Part shown: positions 52,703-61,314 of the stretch, piece after piece
Position numbering within the stretch: the first letter of the stretch is position 1
How the letters are laid out: the number at the start of each line of letters is the position of its first letter
Virus record (IMG/VR): IMGVR_UViG_3300020049_014895
Location: 10,482-74,481 of that record
Direction: 5' to 3' (one strand)
DNA: 64,000 nt
Source: a virus
Lineage: Duplodnaviria; Caudoviricetes
Translations under genes and position numbers: made by a program
The notes under the pieces: generated by a model
What the model was told of the DNA's origin: nothing
What the model saw: the letters and a program-made list of their open reading frames with translations, nothing else
Databases searched by the model: none

Positions 52703-53407
52703 TTAACATACGAATTTAGGGTTATCTGCTCCGGAGCTTTTCACCCTTTTGTCATCCAATGTTATTTTATTCTTTTCCTCAAACCACATCAAACATTTAT
52801 TTAACCAATTAACCGGAAGACCTTTTTTGTCGGTCCAATTCTCAGCGAGCCAATAATCGTAAAAATTTTGCGCACTTGCCTCGGTATATCCTTTTAATTT
52901 AAAATACTCCTTTACTTCTATATTAGTTGGTATAGGATATTTTTTTTTATTTATATTATTAGATAGAGAGAAATTTTCTTTTTTCTCTTCTCTTGTTTTA
53001 TTGTTTTCATTGTTATATTGTTTATCATTGTTGGTTGTGGTTAGTTGTTGGTTAGTTTGCTGGTTAGTTGTTGGTTGGTTTGCTGGTTGTTTTTTTACTT
53101 TATTTTGGTAATCGTCATATTTTACAATAGTTACAAGGCTAAATTTGTTGGTTACTTTGATGGTTATTTCTCCGGTGTTTTGTAGGTTAGATAAAGCGGT
53201 TCTAATTGACTGCTCAGATATGCCAGTTTTGGCCTTTATTTTTAACCTTCCGGTTACTAATTGACCTCTTTTTATATTTAATCCGCGCCATTTTTTATCC
53301 TTGTGGTTAGCAGATACTAATAAGAATAAAAAAACGTGAACCATATTAGAATCATTAAACCACTCCCAGTCTAATATTTTTCTATGCAATACAATAAAAC
53401 CTTCCAT
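52703..53407 (-). CDS. Phage replication initiator / replisome organiser (lambda O / DnaD-like)
   Basis: GFIVLHRKILDWEWF...FLLVSANH...IKRGQLVTG...SEQSIRT.L..L..TGEI...FSLVTIVKYDDYQ, a Q/T/N linker and a C-terminal FYDYW domain. Confidence 0.85.
   Translation of the reverse strand: MEGFIVLHRKILDWEWFNDSNMVHVFLFLLVSANHKDKKWRGLNIKRGQLVTGRLKIKAKTGISEQSIRTALSNLQNTGEITIKVTNKFSLVTIVKYDDYQNKVKKQPANQPTTNQQTNQQLTTTNNDKQYNNENNKTREEKKENFSLSNNINKKKYPIPTNIEVKEYFKLKGYTEASAQNFYDYWLAENWTDKKGLPVNWLNKCLMWFEEKNKITLDDKRVKSSGADNPKFVC
53030..53090. repeat. Short direct repeats within the initiator gene (iteron-like)
   Basis: GTTAGTTGTTGG x2 and TTTGCTGGTT x2, encoding QPANQPTTNQQTNQQLTTT. Confidence 0.55.
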
Positions 53408-53635
53408 TATAGAATATATAATAAGGACCTACGACAAGCCAGGCGAATAACTATATCAAACGAGTTGAGAAGTTCTGCCTTGTTTTCGGTCCTATTTTTA
53501 TAATATCTTAGTTGAGATCATTTGACTATATAATTATTCGCGGTTCAAACCTACGAAACAATTTCGAATTGGTTACATTTTTACGCAATTATTTTTAAAA
53601 TATTTTATAAAGGACCACAAAAACGGGATATTTTT

Positions 53636-53654
53636 ATTTAGAATGATTATAAAT
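53636..53654. promoter_or_regulatory. Sixth copy of the operator core, without the -7 box
   Basis: ATTTAGAATGATTATAAAT between the divergent initiator and early genes; no TAnnTTTG at the 7-nt spacing on either side. Confidence 0.75.
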
Positions 53655-53786
53655 TTGCCTTTAAAACACCTGTAAACATTGACTAATTGAAAATACTTAA
53701 AAAATAATTGCATTTTAATGCAACTTTATTTCGTTACTTTGCGTTAAACCTACCAGAACAACAAACAAACTTAAAACGCACTACAC

Positions 53787-54293
53787 ATGAAAACAATTGA
53801 AATAAACCTTTACAAGTTCCAGGAACTAAGTGAGGAAGCAAAACAAAACGCAATAGAAAAACTATCTAATATCAATGTTAGTCACGAATGGTGGGACTCA
53901 ACTTATGAAGATGCAAAAAATGTTGGGATTAAATTACAATATTTTGAACTAGACAGAAATAAGTCAGCAACTGGTGAATTTATTGACAGCCCCCAAGAAG
54001 TTGCAAATAAAATAATAAAGGAACATGGAGAGCAATGCGAAACACACAAAACAGCTTTAAAGTTTTTAAGTGAAATTGAAAAAATAAATTCCCGCGAAGT
54101 CGGAAACACAGAAGAGGAAGAAAGACAAGAGGCAGACATTGAAGACGTAAACGAAGAATTTTTAAAAGATATTTTGCACGATTATGCAAATATTTTACAA
54201 GAGGAATGCGAATATTTGCAAAGCGAAGAGGCAATAATTGAAACAATTGAAGCCAACGAATACGACTTTACAGAAGATGGTAAATTATACTAA
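53787..54293 (+). CDS. Early hypothetical protein
   Basis: MKTIEINLYKFQELSEEAK...EYLQSEEAIIETIEANEYDFTEDG, a common phage/ICE family pattern. Confidence 0.75.
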   Translation: MKTIEINLYKFQELSEEAKQNAIEKLSNINVSHEWWDSTYEDAKNVGIKLQYFELDRNKSATGEFIDSPQEVANKIIKEHGEQCETHKTALKFLSEIEKINSREVGNTEEEERQEADIEDVNEEFLKDILHDYANILQEECEYLQSEEAIIETIEANEYDFTEDGKLY

Positions 54294-54305
54294 AACCACA
54301 GCACT

Positions 54306-54413
54306 ATGAAAAAGGAACCACAAGCACCAAAACCACCGCGTCCGAACGAAATTGTTATCCGTCCACAAGGAGAAAGACCTATGAATAGCGACAACAAACC
54401 GGCTCAAGCCTAA
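54306..54413 (+). CDS. 35-aa Pro-rich peptide
   Basis: ATG lies within the repeated CAGCACTATG junction motif. Confidence 0.5.
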   Translation: MKKEPQAPKPPRPNEIVIRPQGERPMNSDNKPAQA

Positions 54414-54469
54414 ACAAGCAAGTAAATAAATAATCAATTAATAATTTAACCCTTTAAAATTGCACTACT

Positions 54470-54757
54470 ATGAAAACTAACAGAAAACAACTAGACAATC
54501 TTGTAAAGGAAATTGCTGATAAATTAAATTTATCTAATAACCGAGAACAAGCAAAAGAGAAAAAACAAAAACATTTTCTTGCTTTAGAAAACGCACCAAT
54601 TTACGGAGGATATAGACTAATTAACGTTGCAGTTGAAAGCGGTGCACATTGTGGAGCATTTGGTGGTAATGGATGCGAGGCACGTTTAAAAGCGGGAGAA
54701 ATGGCGATAAAACTAAGAAGCATTTTAGCAGGAATCGAAGCAACAGAACGCAAATAA
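54470..54757 (+). CDS. Early hypothetical protein
   Basis: Packed ORF in the early cluster. Confidence 0.7.
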   Translation: MKTNRKQLDNLVKEIADKLNLSNNREQAKEKKQKHFLALENAPIYGGYRLINVAVESGAHCGAFGGNGCEARLKAGEMAIKLRSILAGIEATERK

Positions 54758-55156
54758 ATGGAAACGATAAGCCAAATTCAAACCCTTATTTTCGAGAAAT
54801 TAAACTTGAAAACGTCAGTTAAAAAGGGCACAGGAAGCATGAAAGGATATTTTAAAATTATGCCAATATTTCAGAATGGCGAATATCCGAATATGGAATT
54901 TAATTTTATTCAAGAATTAAAGCAAACATTAAAACAATACGACTACCAAGAAAAGCCACTTTTTTGCACAACATCAGAAATAAATATTTACGGAATAGAA
55001 GACGATAGACTTCAATATAAAAAAGAAAAAAAACCGAAAGCATCTGAAGGCGATGGTAAAGGGTGGGGAAGTAAAAACTCTCAATTGAGGCTAGATAAAG
55101 CAACGAGCCGATATGCCAAAAGATTAAAAAAAGGCGGTTGCGCTAGATATTATTGA
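54758..55156 (+). CDS. Early hypothetical protein
   Basis: Starts immediately after the upstream stop. Confidence 0.7.
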   Translation: METISQIQTLIFEKLNLKTSVKKGTGSMKGYFKIMPIFQNGEYPNMEFNFIQELKQTLKQYDYQEKPLFCTTSEINIYGIEDDRLQYKKEKKPKASEGDGKGWGSKNSQLRLDKATSRYAKRLKKGGCARYY

Positions 55157-55271
55157 AGAAGCATAAAAAGGGGGTTAAATCCCGCGGAGGGTTGAAGTAG
55201 TGCGCAATCCTCCGCTCCTTCGGGAACTATTAAACAGCACTCTAATATTAACAATCTAACAACTGGAAATT

Positions 55272-55520
55272 ATGAAAAATATAACTTTAATTTTAGGTGT
55301 AATTCGTTTTTATGAAGAGGACGACACAACAGACAAATGCGCAGTAATTGAGAAAATTACCGGTTTTATTAAATTCGAAAGCTATTCAGTAGCGGAGCAC
55401 ATTGGCGAAAGCCTTTTAAAAACAGGCGAACATGACTCATATATAGTTATAGAAAAATATGACGGACAAATAAGATACGAAACCGACTTTAATACAGAGA
55501 TTGAAAGATTAATTAAATAA
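55272..55520 (+). CDS. Early hypothetical protein
   Basis: Flanked by two GC-rich hairpins. Confidence 0.65.
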   Translation: MKNITLILGVIRFYEEDDTTDKCAVIEKITGFIKFESYSVAEHIGESLLKTGEHDSYIVIEKYDGQIRYETDFNTEIERLIK

Positions 55521-55596
55521 CCCTCTCCGCGTGATACGTCAATAATTGGCTCGTAACCAATACGCGGAGCATATTAACCCCTAAAACCTCAGCACT

Positions 55597-56025
55597 ATGA
55601 AAAATCTATTTATTCCCTACCAACTTGCATTAATTGCAAAAGAAAAAGGATTTAATGAGCCTTGTTTTACAAAGTTTGAACAATACTTTAACAAAGAATC
55701 ATTATATCCAATTTTGGCTACAATGGGGTTAAACACACCTTATGAAAACGAATATAATGGGTACGACCAAAAAATAATAAACGACAATGAAAAAAGATGG
55801 GTTTTTACGGGATATAAAAATTCTGTAAAAGACCACGGGCAAGAAGTTTTGACCGCTCCACTTTATCAACAAGTAGTTGAATGGCTAAGAGAAAAGCAAA
55901 TCAAAATTATTGAATGCGAAAAATTCACGGGCAAAGAGGCGCTATATTACGTGAAAACAAAAGAATCAAAAACAGGATTATTTGCTATTGATAAAGCAAT
56001 AGAAGAAGCATTCAAACTCATTTAA
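55597..56025 (+). CDS. Early hypothetical protein
   Basis: FIPYQLALIAKEKGFNEPC...APLYQQVVEWLREK pattern seen in Bacteroidota phages; junction motif at its start. Confidence 0.75.
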   Translation: MKNLFIPYQLALIAKEKGFNEPCFTKFEQYFNKESLYPILATMGLNTPYENEYNGYDQKIINDNEKRWVFTGYKNSVKDHGQEVLTAPLYQQVVEWLREKQIKIIECEKFTGKEALYYVKTKESKTGLFAIDKAIEEAFKLI

Positions 56026-56037
56026 CACCTCAGCACT

Positions 56038-56241
56038 ATGATCGATTTATTTGAAACCCCGGAAATCCTCCCAAAAGAGGTACAGGAAATAATATACAAC
56101 GAAGTATCCACATACGCGGAATGTCAAAAGATGCTTGAAGCATTAAAGCCACACGGCTATACTTTTAGCTACTACTTAGACGCGCAGCCGTACAATTTGC
56201 GCCCAATGGTAAGCAACAAAACTAAGAATTTAACCAGATAA
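56038..56241 (+). CDS. Early hypothetical protein
   Basis: Junction motif at its start. Confidence 0.7.
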   Translation: MIDLFETPEILPKEVQEIIYNEVSTYAECQKMLEALKPHGYTFSYYLDAQPYNLRPMVSNKTKNLTR

Positions 56242-56255
56242 AACCCTTTAGCACT

Positions 56256-56396
56256 ATGAAAGCATTGCCAACTATTACCGCTTATTGTCTTTACTTAGAC
56301 AAAGCGATGGAAAAATTTAGCATCTCAAGAAATGAGGCACGTAATAAATACGGATTATTTACTTGCGAACAATGGGAAACACTTTTAAACCAATAA
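56256..56396 (+). CDS. 46-aa hypothetical protein (below the ORF-track cutoff)
   Basis: MKALPTITAYCLYLDKAMEKF...; junction motif at its start. Confidence 0.6.
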   Translation: MKALPTITAYCLYLDKAMEKFSISRNEARNKYGLFTCEQWETLLNQ

Positions 56397-56400
56397 CGCC

Positions 56401-56577
56401 ATGCAAAAGAACCCATATAAATACAGGATATTGACAGCCGATAAAAGGTATGTTAACGCGGGAACGGGGTTAAATTCCTGGTTTACCTTAGAAGAGGCAC
56501 GCCAAAAAGTAAACCGAGATGCGGGCGAAATTATTGTAGAACATGACGGGGTTAACGCGTTATGGGAGGTATTATAA
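56401..56577 (+). CDS. 58-aa hypothetical protein (below the ORF-track cutoff)
   Basis: MQKNPYKYRILTADKRYVNAGTGLNSWFTLEEARQ... fills the gap exactly. Confidence 0.55.
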   Translation: MQKNPYKYRILTADKRYVNAGTGLNSWFTLEEARQKVNRDAGEIIVEHDGVNALWEVL

Positions 56578-56752
56578 ATAATCTAAAATTTAAAGCTATG
56601 CCACCAATAAAAACATACACGTTTGAAAACATTTTAAATTCAAACATTAAAATAGAGATAAAAGCCTATTCGCAAGAACAAGCAATGGACATACTTTTTA
56701 TGGAGGTTGTTTGTTCGAATGATTATAAACAAACAAACAAACAAATAACACC

Positions 56753-56956
56753 ATGAGCAAAGCACCCAAAACAATAGCGGACATAAAACAAGCAATTGAG
56801 CAAACCAAAACACGCATACAATTAGAACAATTACAACTCGAGGCCCTTGAGAATATGTTGAAAAAAGCACAATTTTATCCTACTCATCCAATACCAACGG
56901 AGGAGCAAGTAAAAGCGCCTACTAAAGAAGGAACACCCAGCAATTTTAATCCTTAG
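56753..56956 (+). CDS. Small coiled-coil hypothetical protein
   Basis: ATGA-coupled to the upstream small ORF. Confidence 0.55.
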   Translation: MSKAPKTIADIKQAIEQTKTRIQLEQLQLEALENMLKKAQFYPTHPIPTEEQVKAPTKEGTPSNFNP

Positions 56957-57163
56957 TAAAATATTTCACGGGTTGACTTTTACCGGAATAATTCCCACAA
57001 GGCGCCATTGAAAAATAACGCATAAAATTAACCTTTTAAACGGAACTAATTTTGAAAACACTATCTATTAAAAAGACCATACAACCGGACCATAGATTCA
57101 TAAGCTATTCAGTTTGGTGCAAGTACATAAAAAATCAAGTAGACAAATTTAAAACCAAAAACC

Positions 57164-57370
57164 ATGGCAGACCAACTAACGGACGATAGCCAAATGCCTT
57201 TTGGAAAATTTCAAGGGCAAAAAATGATAAATGTTCCAGGAGCATATCTCTTATGGATTCGCGATAACATGAAACGATCATCGGGCACAAAGCACGTTTT
57301 TGACTACATTGACGATAACCTTGAAATATTAAAGAAAGAATGTTCACAGACCACGAAAGACGAGTTTTAA
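57164..57370 (+). CDS. DUF3820-like small protein
   Basis: MPFGKFQGQKMINVPGAYLLWI motif. Confidence 0.7.
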   Translation: MADQLTDDSQMPFGKFQGQKMINVPGAYLLWIRDNMKRSSGTKHVFDYIDDNLEILKKECSQTTKDEF

Positions 57371-57516
57371 AGGCGTTTTTATCTAAGCAGATAGAAAAGG
57401 GAAGAGTAAAGCTTTATCGCAACGTAAAGCGATTAAATAACGCTGAATTCGATAAAATTGTCGAGGACATCAAAGAATCAAACCGGCTTATCTCGGTAAT
57501 CGAAGGACAACACTAA
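57340..57516 (+). CDS. 58-aa hypothetical protein (below the ORF-track cutoff)
   Basis: MFTDHERRVLKAFLSKQIEKGRVKLYRN...IEGQH*. Confidence 0.5.
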   Translation: MFTDHERRVLKAFLSKQIEKGRVKLYRNVKRLNNAEFDKIVEDIKESNRLISVIEGQH

Positions 57517-57529
57517 AGAAGGAATACCT

Positions 57530-57811
57530 GGGAATTTGAATTCCCTAAGAAAATAAATTTTCAAATAGGTTTCCGATCACAGAATCGGACTAAGCCGGAG
57601 TACCGGTGCCTGCATTACGTTGTTTGACCTATTGAAACTAATTTTTCCGGAAGTGATTAGTCCGGTGTAATCTTATTGAGCGTAGTTTCTCAAGAAGGTT
57701 ATATATTTGCAAAGGTTCTATTCCGAATAGGAGAATAGTTAAAATGGAGCACCATTGCCGATTATTAAACTCCCAATCATTTTAGATGTCGCCTTCGATG
57801 GCAGTTGGGAG
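57530..57811 (+). ncRNA. Candidate structured non-coding RNA
   Basis: Non-coding gap with at least seven stems, including a multi-branch domain (AATAGGT 57564-70 / ACCTATT 57627-33 enclosing two hairpins). Confidence 0.4.
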
Positions 57812-57968
57812 CGGAATTTTATTAACTAAAAGAAAGGAGAAGTTTTTTATGAAAAAGATTTAAGTAACTCTGTTTTATGACACAAGCAAAAGTCATTTAA
57901 ACTCCCGTACGTTGCAATAGACGTTGATTCGATTCAATGCGGGAGCAAACCAATTAAAACTATAAACG

Positions 57969-58160
57969 ATGAGTACAATGAAAAAAGGATTGCTTATGGC
58001 AGCACTTGCCGGAGCAATGATGGAAGCTCCATTAATTAGTAGCGGAGGCACCGCAAGAAAAAGCCGAATTTACCACAAAGATCCGTTAAGTAAAAAACAG
58101 AAAAAAGTTAGAGCAAAAAACAAAAGAGCGAGAGCATCAAGAAAAGCAAATCGCAAGTAG
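57969..58160 (+). CDS. Small basic hypothetical protein
   Basis: Lys/Arg-rich C-terminus. Confidence 0.55.
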   Translation: MSTMKKGLLMAALAGAMMEAPLISSGGTARKSRIYHKDPLSKKQKKVRAKNKRARASRKANRK

Positions 58161-58166
58161 AGTAAA

Positions 58167-58310
58167 CGCTAAGAAACAAATAGGTCAGTACACCGTTCGA
58201 CTCGGTGGTATCTCGCGGGAGAGACAAGGGTTCGATTCCCTTCGGAAGAAATTCTAATGGTTGTAGAAAATTCGCAATAGCTGGGTGGTTCGAATCCACC
58301 TCTTAGCGCA
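58167..58310 (+). ncRNA. tRNA-like RNA with one acceptor stem and three T-arms
   Basis: GCTAAGA(58168-74)/TCTTAGC(58301-07) stacked on T-arm GGTGG-TTCGAAT-CCACC, with two further perfect T-arms inside. Confidence 0.55.
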
Positions 58311-58345
58311 AGCAACAGAGTAATAACCAATAAACAATTAAAACT

Positions 58346-58594
58346 ATGACAAAAGTAACTATCTTAGGACAAGAAGAGCCTAAAAAAGAATTGAAAAAGA
58401 TTGAGTTTGTAAAATATTTTAACGAGCATTACAAATTAGCTATTCCAAGAAAAGACGTAGTGCCAAGCGACTGGAAGAATATTGAGTTAATATGTAAAGA
58501 TTACTCAAAAGGTTTCGATTTAATGTTTGCGTTTTCTGAAGAAAGAAATCATGGTACATTATTCTTAGGTCACTTCAACGATGGAATAGTATAA
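58346..58594 (+). CDS. Hypothetical protein
   Basis: Packed ORF. Confidence 0.65.
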   Translation: MTKVTILGQEEPKKELKKIEFVKYFNEHYKLAIPRKDVVPSDWKNIELICKDYSKGFDLMFAFSEERNHGTLFLGHFNDGIV

Positions 58595-58872
58595 TGAACG
58601 CCATCGAAAAACATATACTAAGCGGTACACTATCGCAGTATAGCAGAGAGCAAGAAAGAACGCTAAACATTTACAAAATATCTTGTTGGGTATTGTTTGC
58701 CTTAATGCTTATCTTTGGATTAAAATATCTATCCTATAAGACAGCATATCAGGAGGCTAAAAAACAAAACTCAAAAGCTGTTTACAAAATAAATTTAATT
58801 ATAAAAGAACTACAAAAGGCTGATAATTACATTCAAAGTGTACAGCCGAAAGGGTATAAACTTAATAACTAA
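58594..58872 (+). CDS. Hypothetical single-pass membrane protein
   Basis: ISCWVLFALMLIFGL TM segment followed by a coiled coil. Confidence 0.6.
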   Translation: MNAIEKHILSGTLSQYSREQERTLNIYKISCWVLFALMLIFGLKYLSYKTAYQEAKKQNSKAVYKINLIIKELQKADNYIQSVQPKGYKLNN

Positions 58873-58958
58873 AACCATGGTATCCGTAACATATCAATTC
58901 TCCCAAAGAGACAAGCTAAAAGCTTTAGTGATCCGCAAAATTAAACGCCTCAGAAAAT

Positions 58959-59144
58959 ATGGCAAAAAACCAGCTCTATAACGTTTCCCTTGCTCGCGGA
59001 AAATTCGCCAAGGAAATCGTCATGCGCAACGTCCCATACGGAATCGCTGCACTAAAACGTAAACAACTCATCGCCTCCGGGACCATCAGGCGTAACATCT
59101 GGATTGAAAAGGTAGAAATCCCTAAAACACAACTAAGCAAATGA
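58959..59144 (+). CDS. Small hypothetical protein
   Basis: ATGA-coupled to the next gene. Confidence 0.55.
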   Translation: MAKNQLYNVSLARGKFAKEIVMRNVPYGIAALKRKQLIASGTIRRNIWIEKVEIPKTQLSK

Positions 59145-59329
59145 ACTACGCAATAAAAGTCCTAAAAGACAGAGCAGAGCTTATCAACGACTTTCTCCGG
59201 AACAAAGAAGAAGAATATCAAAACGCTTACTTTGAATCCTCATTCGATGAGGAAATCATGCGAAACGACATCGAAAATCTTAAACTACAAAAGCAATCTT
59301 TAGTAGATGCCATTGATAAATTAAGATAA
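59141..59329 (+). CDS. Small hypothetical protein
   Basis: Coiled-coil-like 62 aa. Confidence 0.55.
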   Translation: MNYAIKVLKDRAELINDFLRNKEEEYQNAYFESSFDEEIMRNDIENLKLQKQSLVDAIDKLR

Positions 59330-59461
59330 ATTTGCATTATTAAACAATTGTGACTACATTTGTCCCGATTAGCAATAATCCGATGTCCTATTCCTCTTTT
59401 GCAAGGAATTAGTCCTCACAAAGATGTTCGTAAAGCTCTTTAATGTTAAATCCTCCATTCA

Positions 59462-61054
59462 GTGAATAAACAACCACGATACTATCAAATTGAATTTAAG
59501 AATGCCGTTCATAACGGACTTGCTCGCGGAGTTAAACGACAGCTTGGTGTTATGCCTGGAGGAACCGGCAAGACAAAATCTGCTGTTGATATCATCTCCG
59601 GAATGGGGCGTAGATTGTGGATAACGCACGAAGAATCCCTTTTGGAGCAATCGGCAATCGCTCTCTTAGAAGAGATGGAGATAATGGATATTAACATCCT
59701 GAAAAAGACCATTGCAGATTTCGGAGGATTATTACGAATTTTAAAAACTAAATCGGAAAATTTTTACGAAAATGTTATTCGGGAGAATATCGGTATAATC
59801 AAAGCCGATATGTTTGACATCGACAAGCCAATTGTAATGGCCTCGGCACAAACGCTCCACAACCGGCTCAATAAGATTCCTGCCGACCATTTTAACGTTA
59901 TCGTAGTAGATGAAGCGGATTTATTTTTCAGCAAAACATTCATCGCTCCGTTGCACTATTTCACTTACGATTTGCTATTAGGCTTGACCGCAACTCCATA
60001 CAGAAATGACGGTGTAATGATGGATGATTTATTCGAAGAGCTTATCTACGAATATAAAATCGAGCAAGCCATTAAAGATGGATTCCTTTGCGAGTTAAAC
60101 GCTATTGTCGTAAAGACATCTACCAACCTTGATTCGGTGCACACCATCGGAGGAGATTTTAACCAAAAGGAATTAACCGAGAAGGTAAACACTCCGGAGC
60201 GAAATCTTAAAATAGTCGATAAATACATCGAATATTGCTCAGGACAGCAGTTTATATGTTTTGGGGCAGATGTACAGCACACCATTGATTTATGCGAGGC
60301 ATTCAACGAAAGGGGGATAAAAACAGAGTTCGTTGTATCGGATACATCTTTGACATTAGACAGAAAAGGAACCATTAACAAATACCGCTCGGGAGAAATT
60401 ATAGGATTGTGTAACGTTGGTATATTGACCGCAGGATTCGATGTACCTAACACCGGATGCGTGATACTTGCCCGACCAACAAAATCTAAGCGATTATTCC
60501 TGCAGCAACTATTTCGAGTAACACGATTGAAGGGCAAAGATTTCGTAGCTAAATTCGGGCAAATAGGAACCATCCTTGACATCGTGGACGGAACCTCAAA
60601 GCATAAACTCGTTAACACGCATGAGCTTGATAAGGAATTACCCATCGAAGAAAGAGTCTTTACCTCATCCGCTAACAAGCAAAAGTTAATCGATGCACGT
60701 AACGAACGCATGATGACAAATGTGAAGGAGGAAAAGAAAGTAGTGTTATTCCCTCTTCCGAAAATTCGGGCGAAGTTCGGCAACAATGCGAATGATCCAA
60801 TTTCAATACCTCAGCAGGAATGGTTACAAAAAAGAGGTTATGACACAACATCAAACACTTACAACAAATATCAATTTAACACTATTTTCTTTGCATCTCC
60901 GGCATCAAAAGCAGACGTTGAACTATTACGTGATAACGGATACGATGTGAGCGGATATGTGAGCATAGGACAAGCAGAGATAATTAAAAAAGAAATATTA
61001 ACCAAGGTCGCTCGGGCAAATACTGAGAGGCTTAAAAAAGAAGGGAAATTATGA
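59462..61054 (+). CDS. Superfamily 2 DEAD/DEAH-box helicase
   Basis: PRYYQ (Q motif), PGGTGKT (I), VVDEAD (II), GLTATP (III), LTAGFDVP (V) and ARPTKS...QQLFRVTR (VI). Confidence 0.92.
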   Translation: MNKQPRYYQIEFKNAVHNGLARGVKRQLGVMPGGTGKTKSAVDIISGMGRRLWITHEESLLEQSAIALLEEMEIMDINILKKTIADFGGLLRILKTKSENFYENVIRENIGIIKADMFDIDKPIVMASAQTLHNRLNKIPADHFNVIVVDEADLFFSKTFIAPLHYFTYDLLLGLTATPYRNDGVMMDDLFEELIYEYKIEQAIKDGFLCELNAIVVKTSTNLDSVHTIGGDFNQKELTEKVNTPERNLKIVDKYIEYCSGQQFICFGADVQHTIDLCEAFNERGIKTEFVVSDTSLTLDRKGTINKYRSGEIIGLCNVGILTAGFDVPNTGCVILARPTKSKRLFLQQLFRVTRLKGKDFVAKFGQIGTILDIVDGTSKHKLVNTHELDKELPIEERVFTSSANKQKLIDARNERMMTNVKEEKKVVLFPLPKIRAKFGNNANDPISIPQQEWLQKRGYDTTSNTYNKYQFNTIFFASPASKADVELLRDNGYDVSGYVSIGQAEIIKKEILTKVARANTERLKKEGKL

Positions 61055-61314
61055 ACGCAAAAGATAAAGCAAAAGAAATCATTAAAAAATACAGACCATT
61101 AGTAAAATTGTGGGATTGCTATTTTGACGAGCCAAGAAAAGAAGAAGAAATTATTGCCGACACGAAAAAATGTGGCATTATTCAAGTTGATGCAATCATT
61201 CAAGCTTTAGAGATTACCACCGGACATTGCGAGTTACGAACACTCGATTACCATGAAGTTCAAAAAGATTTCCAATATTGGAATGATGTTAAAAATGAAA
61301 TTGAAAAACTATAA
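61051..61314 (+). CDS. Hypothetical protein, paralogue of 4060-4356
   Basis: Shared N- and C-terminal patterns. Confidence 0.7.
   Translation: MNAKDKAKEIIKKYRPLVKLWDCYFDEPRKEEEIIADTKKCGIIQVDAIIQALEITTGHCELRTLDYHEVQKDFQYWNDVKNEIEKL

Noticed and set aside
58168-58310. tmRNA
   Set aside because: Too short, no G3:U70 alanine determinant and no tag reading frame.
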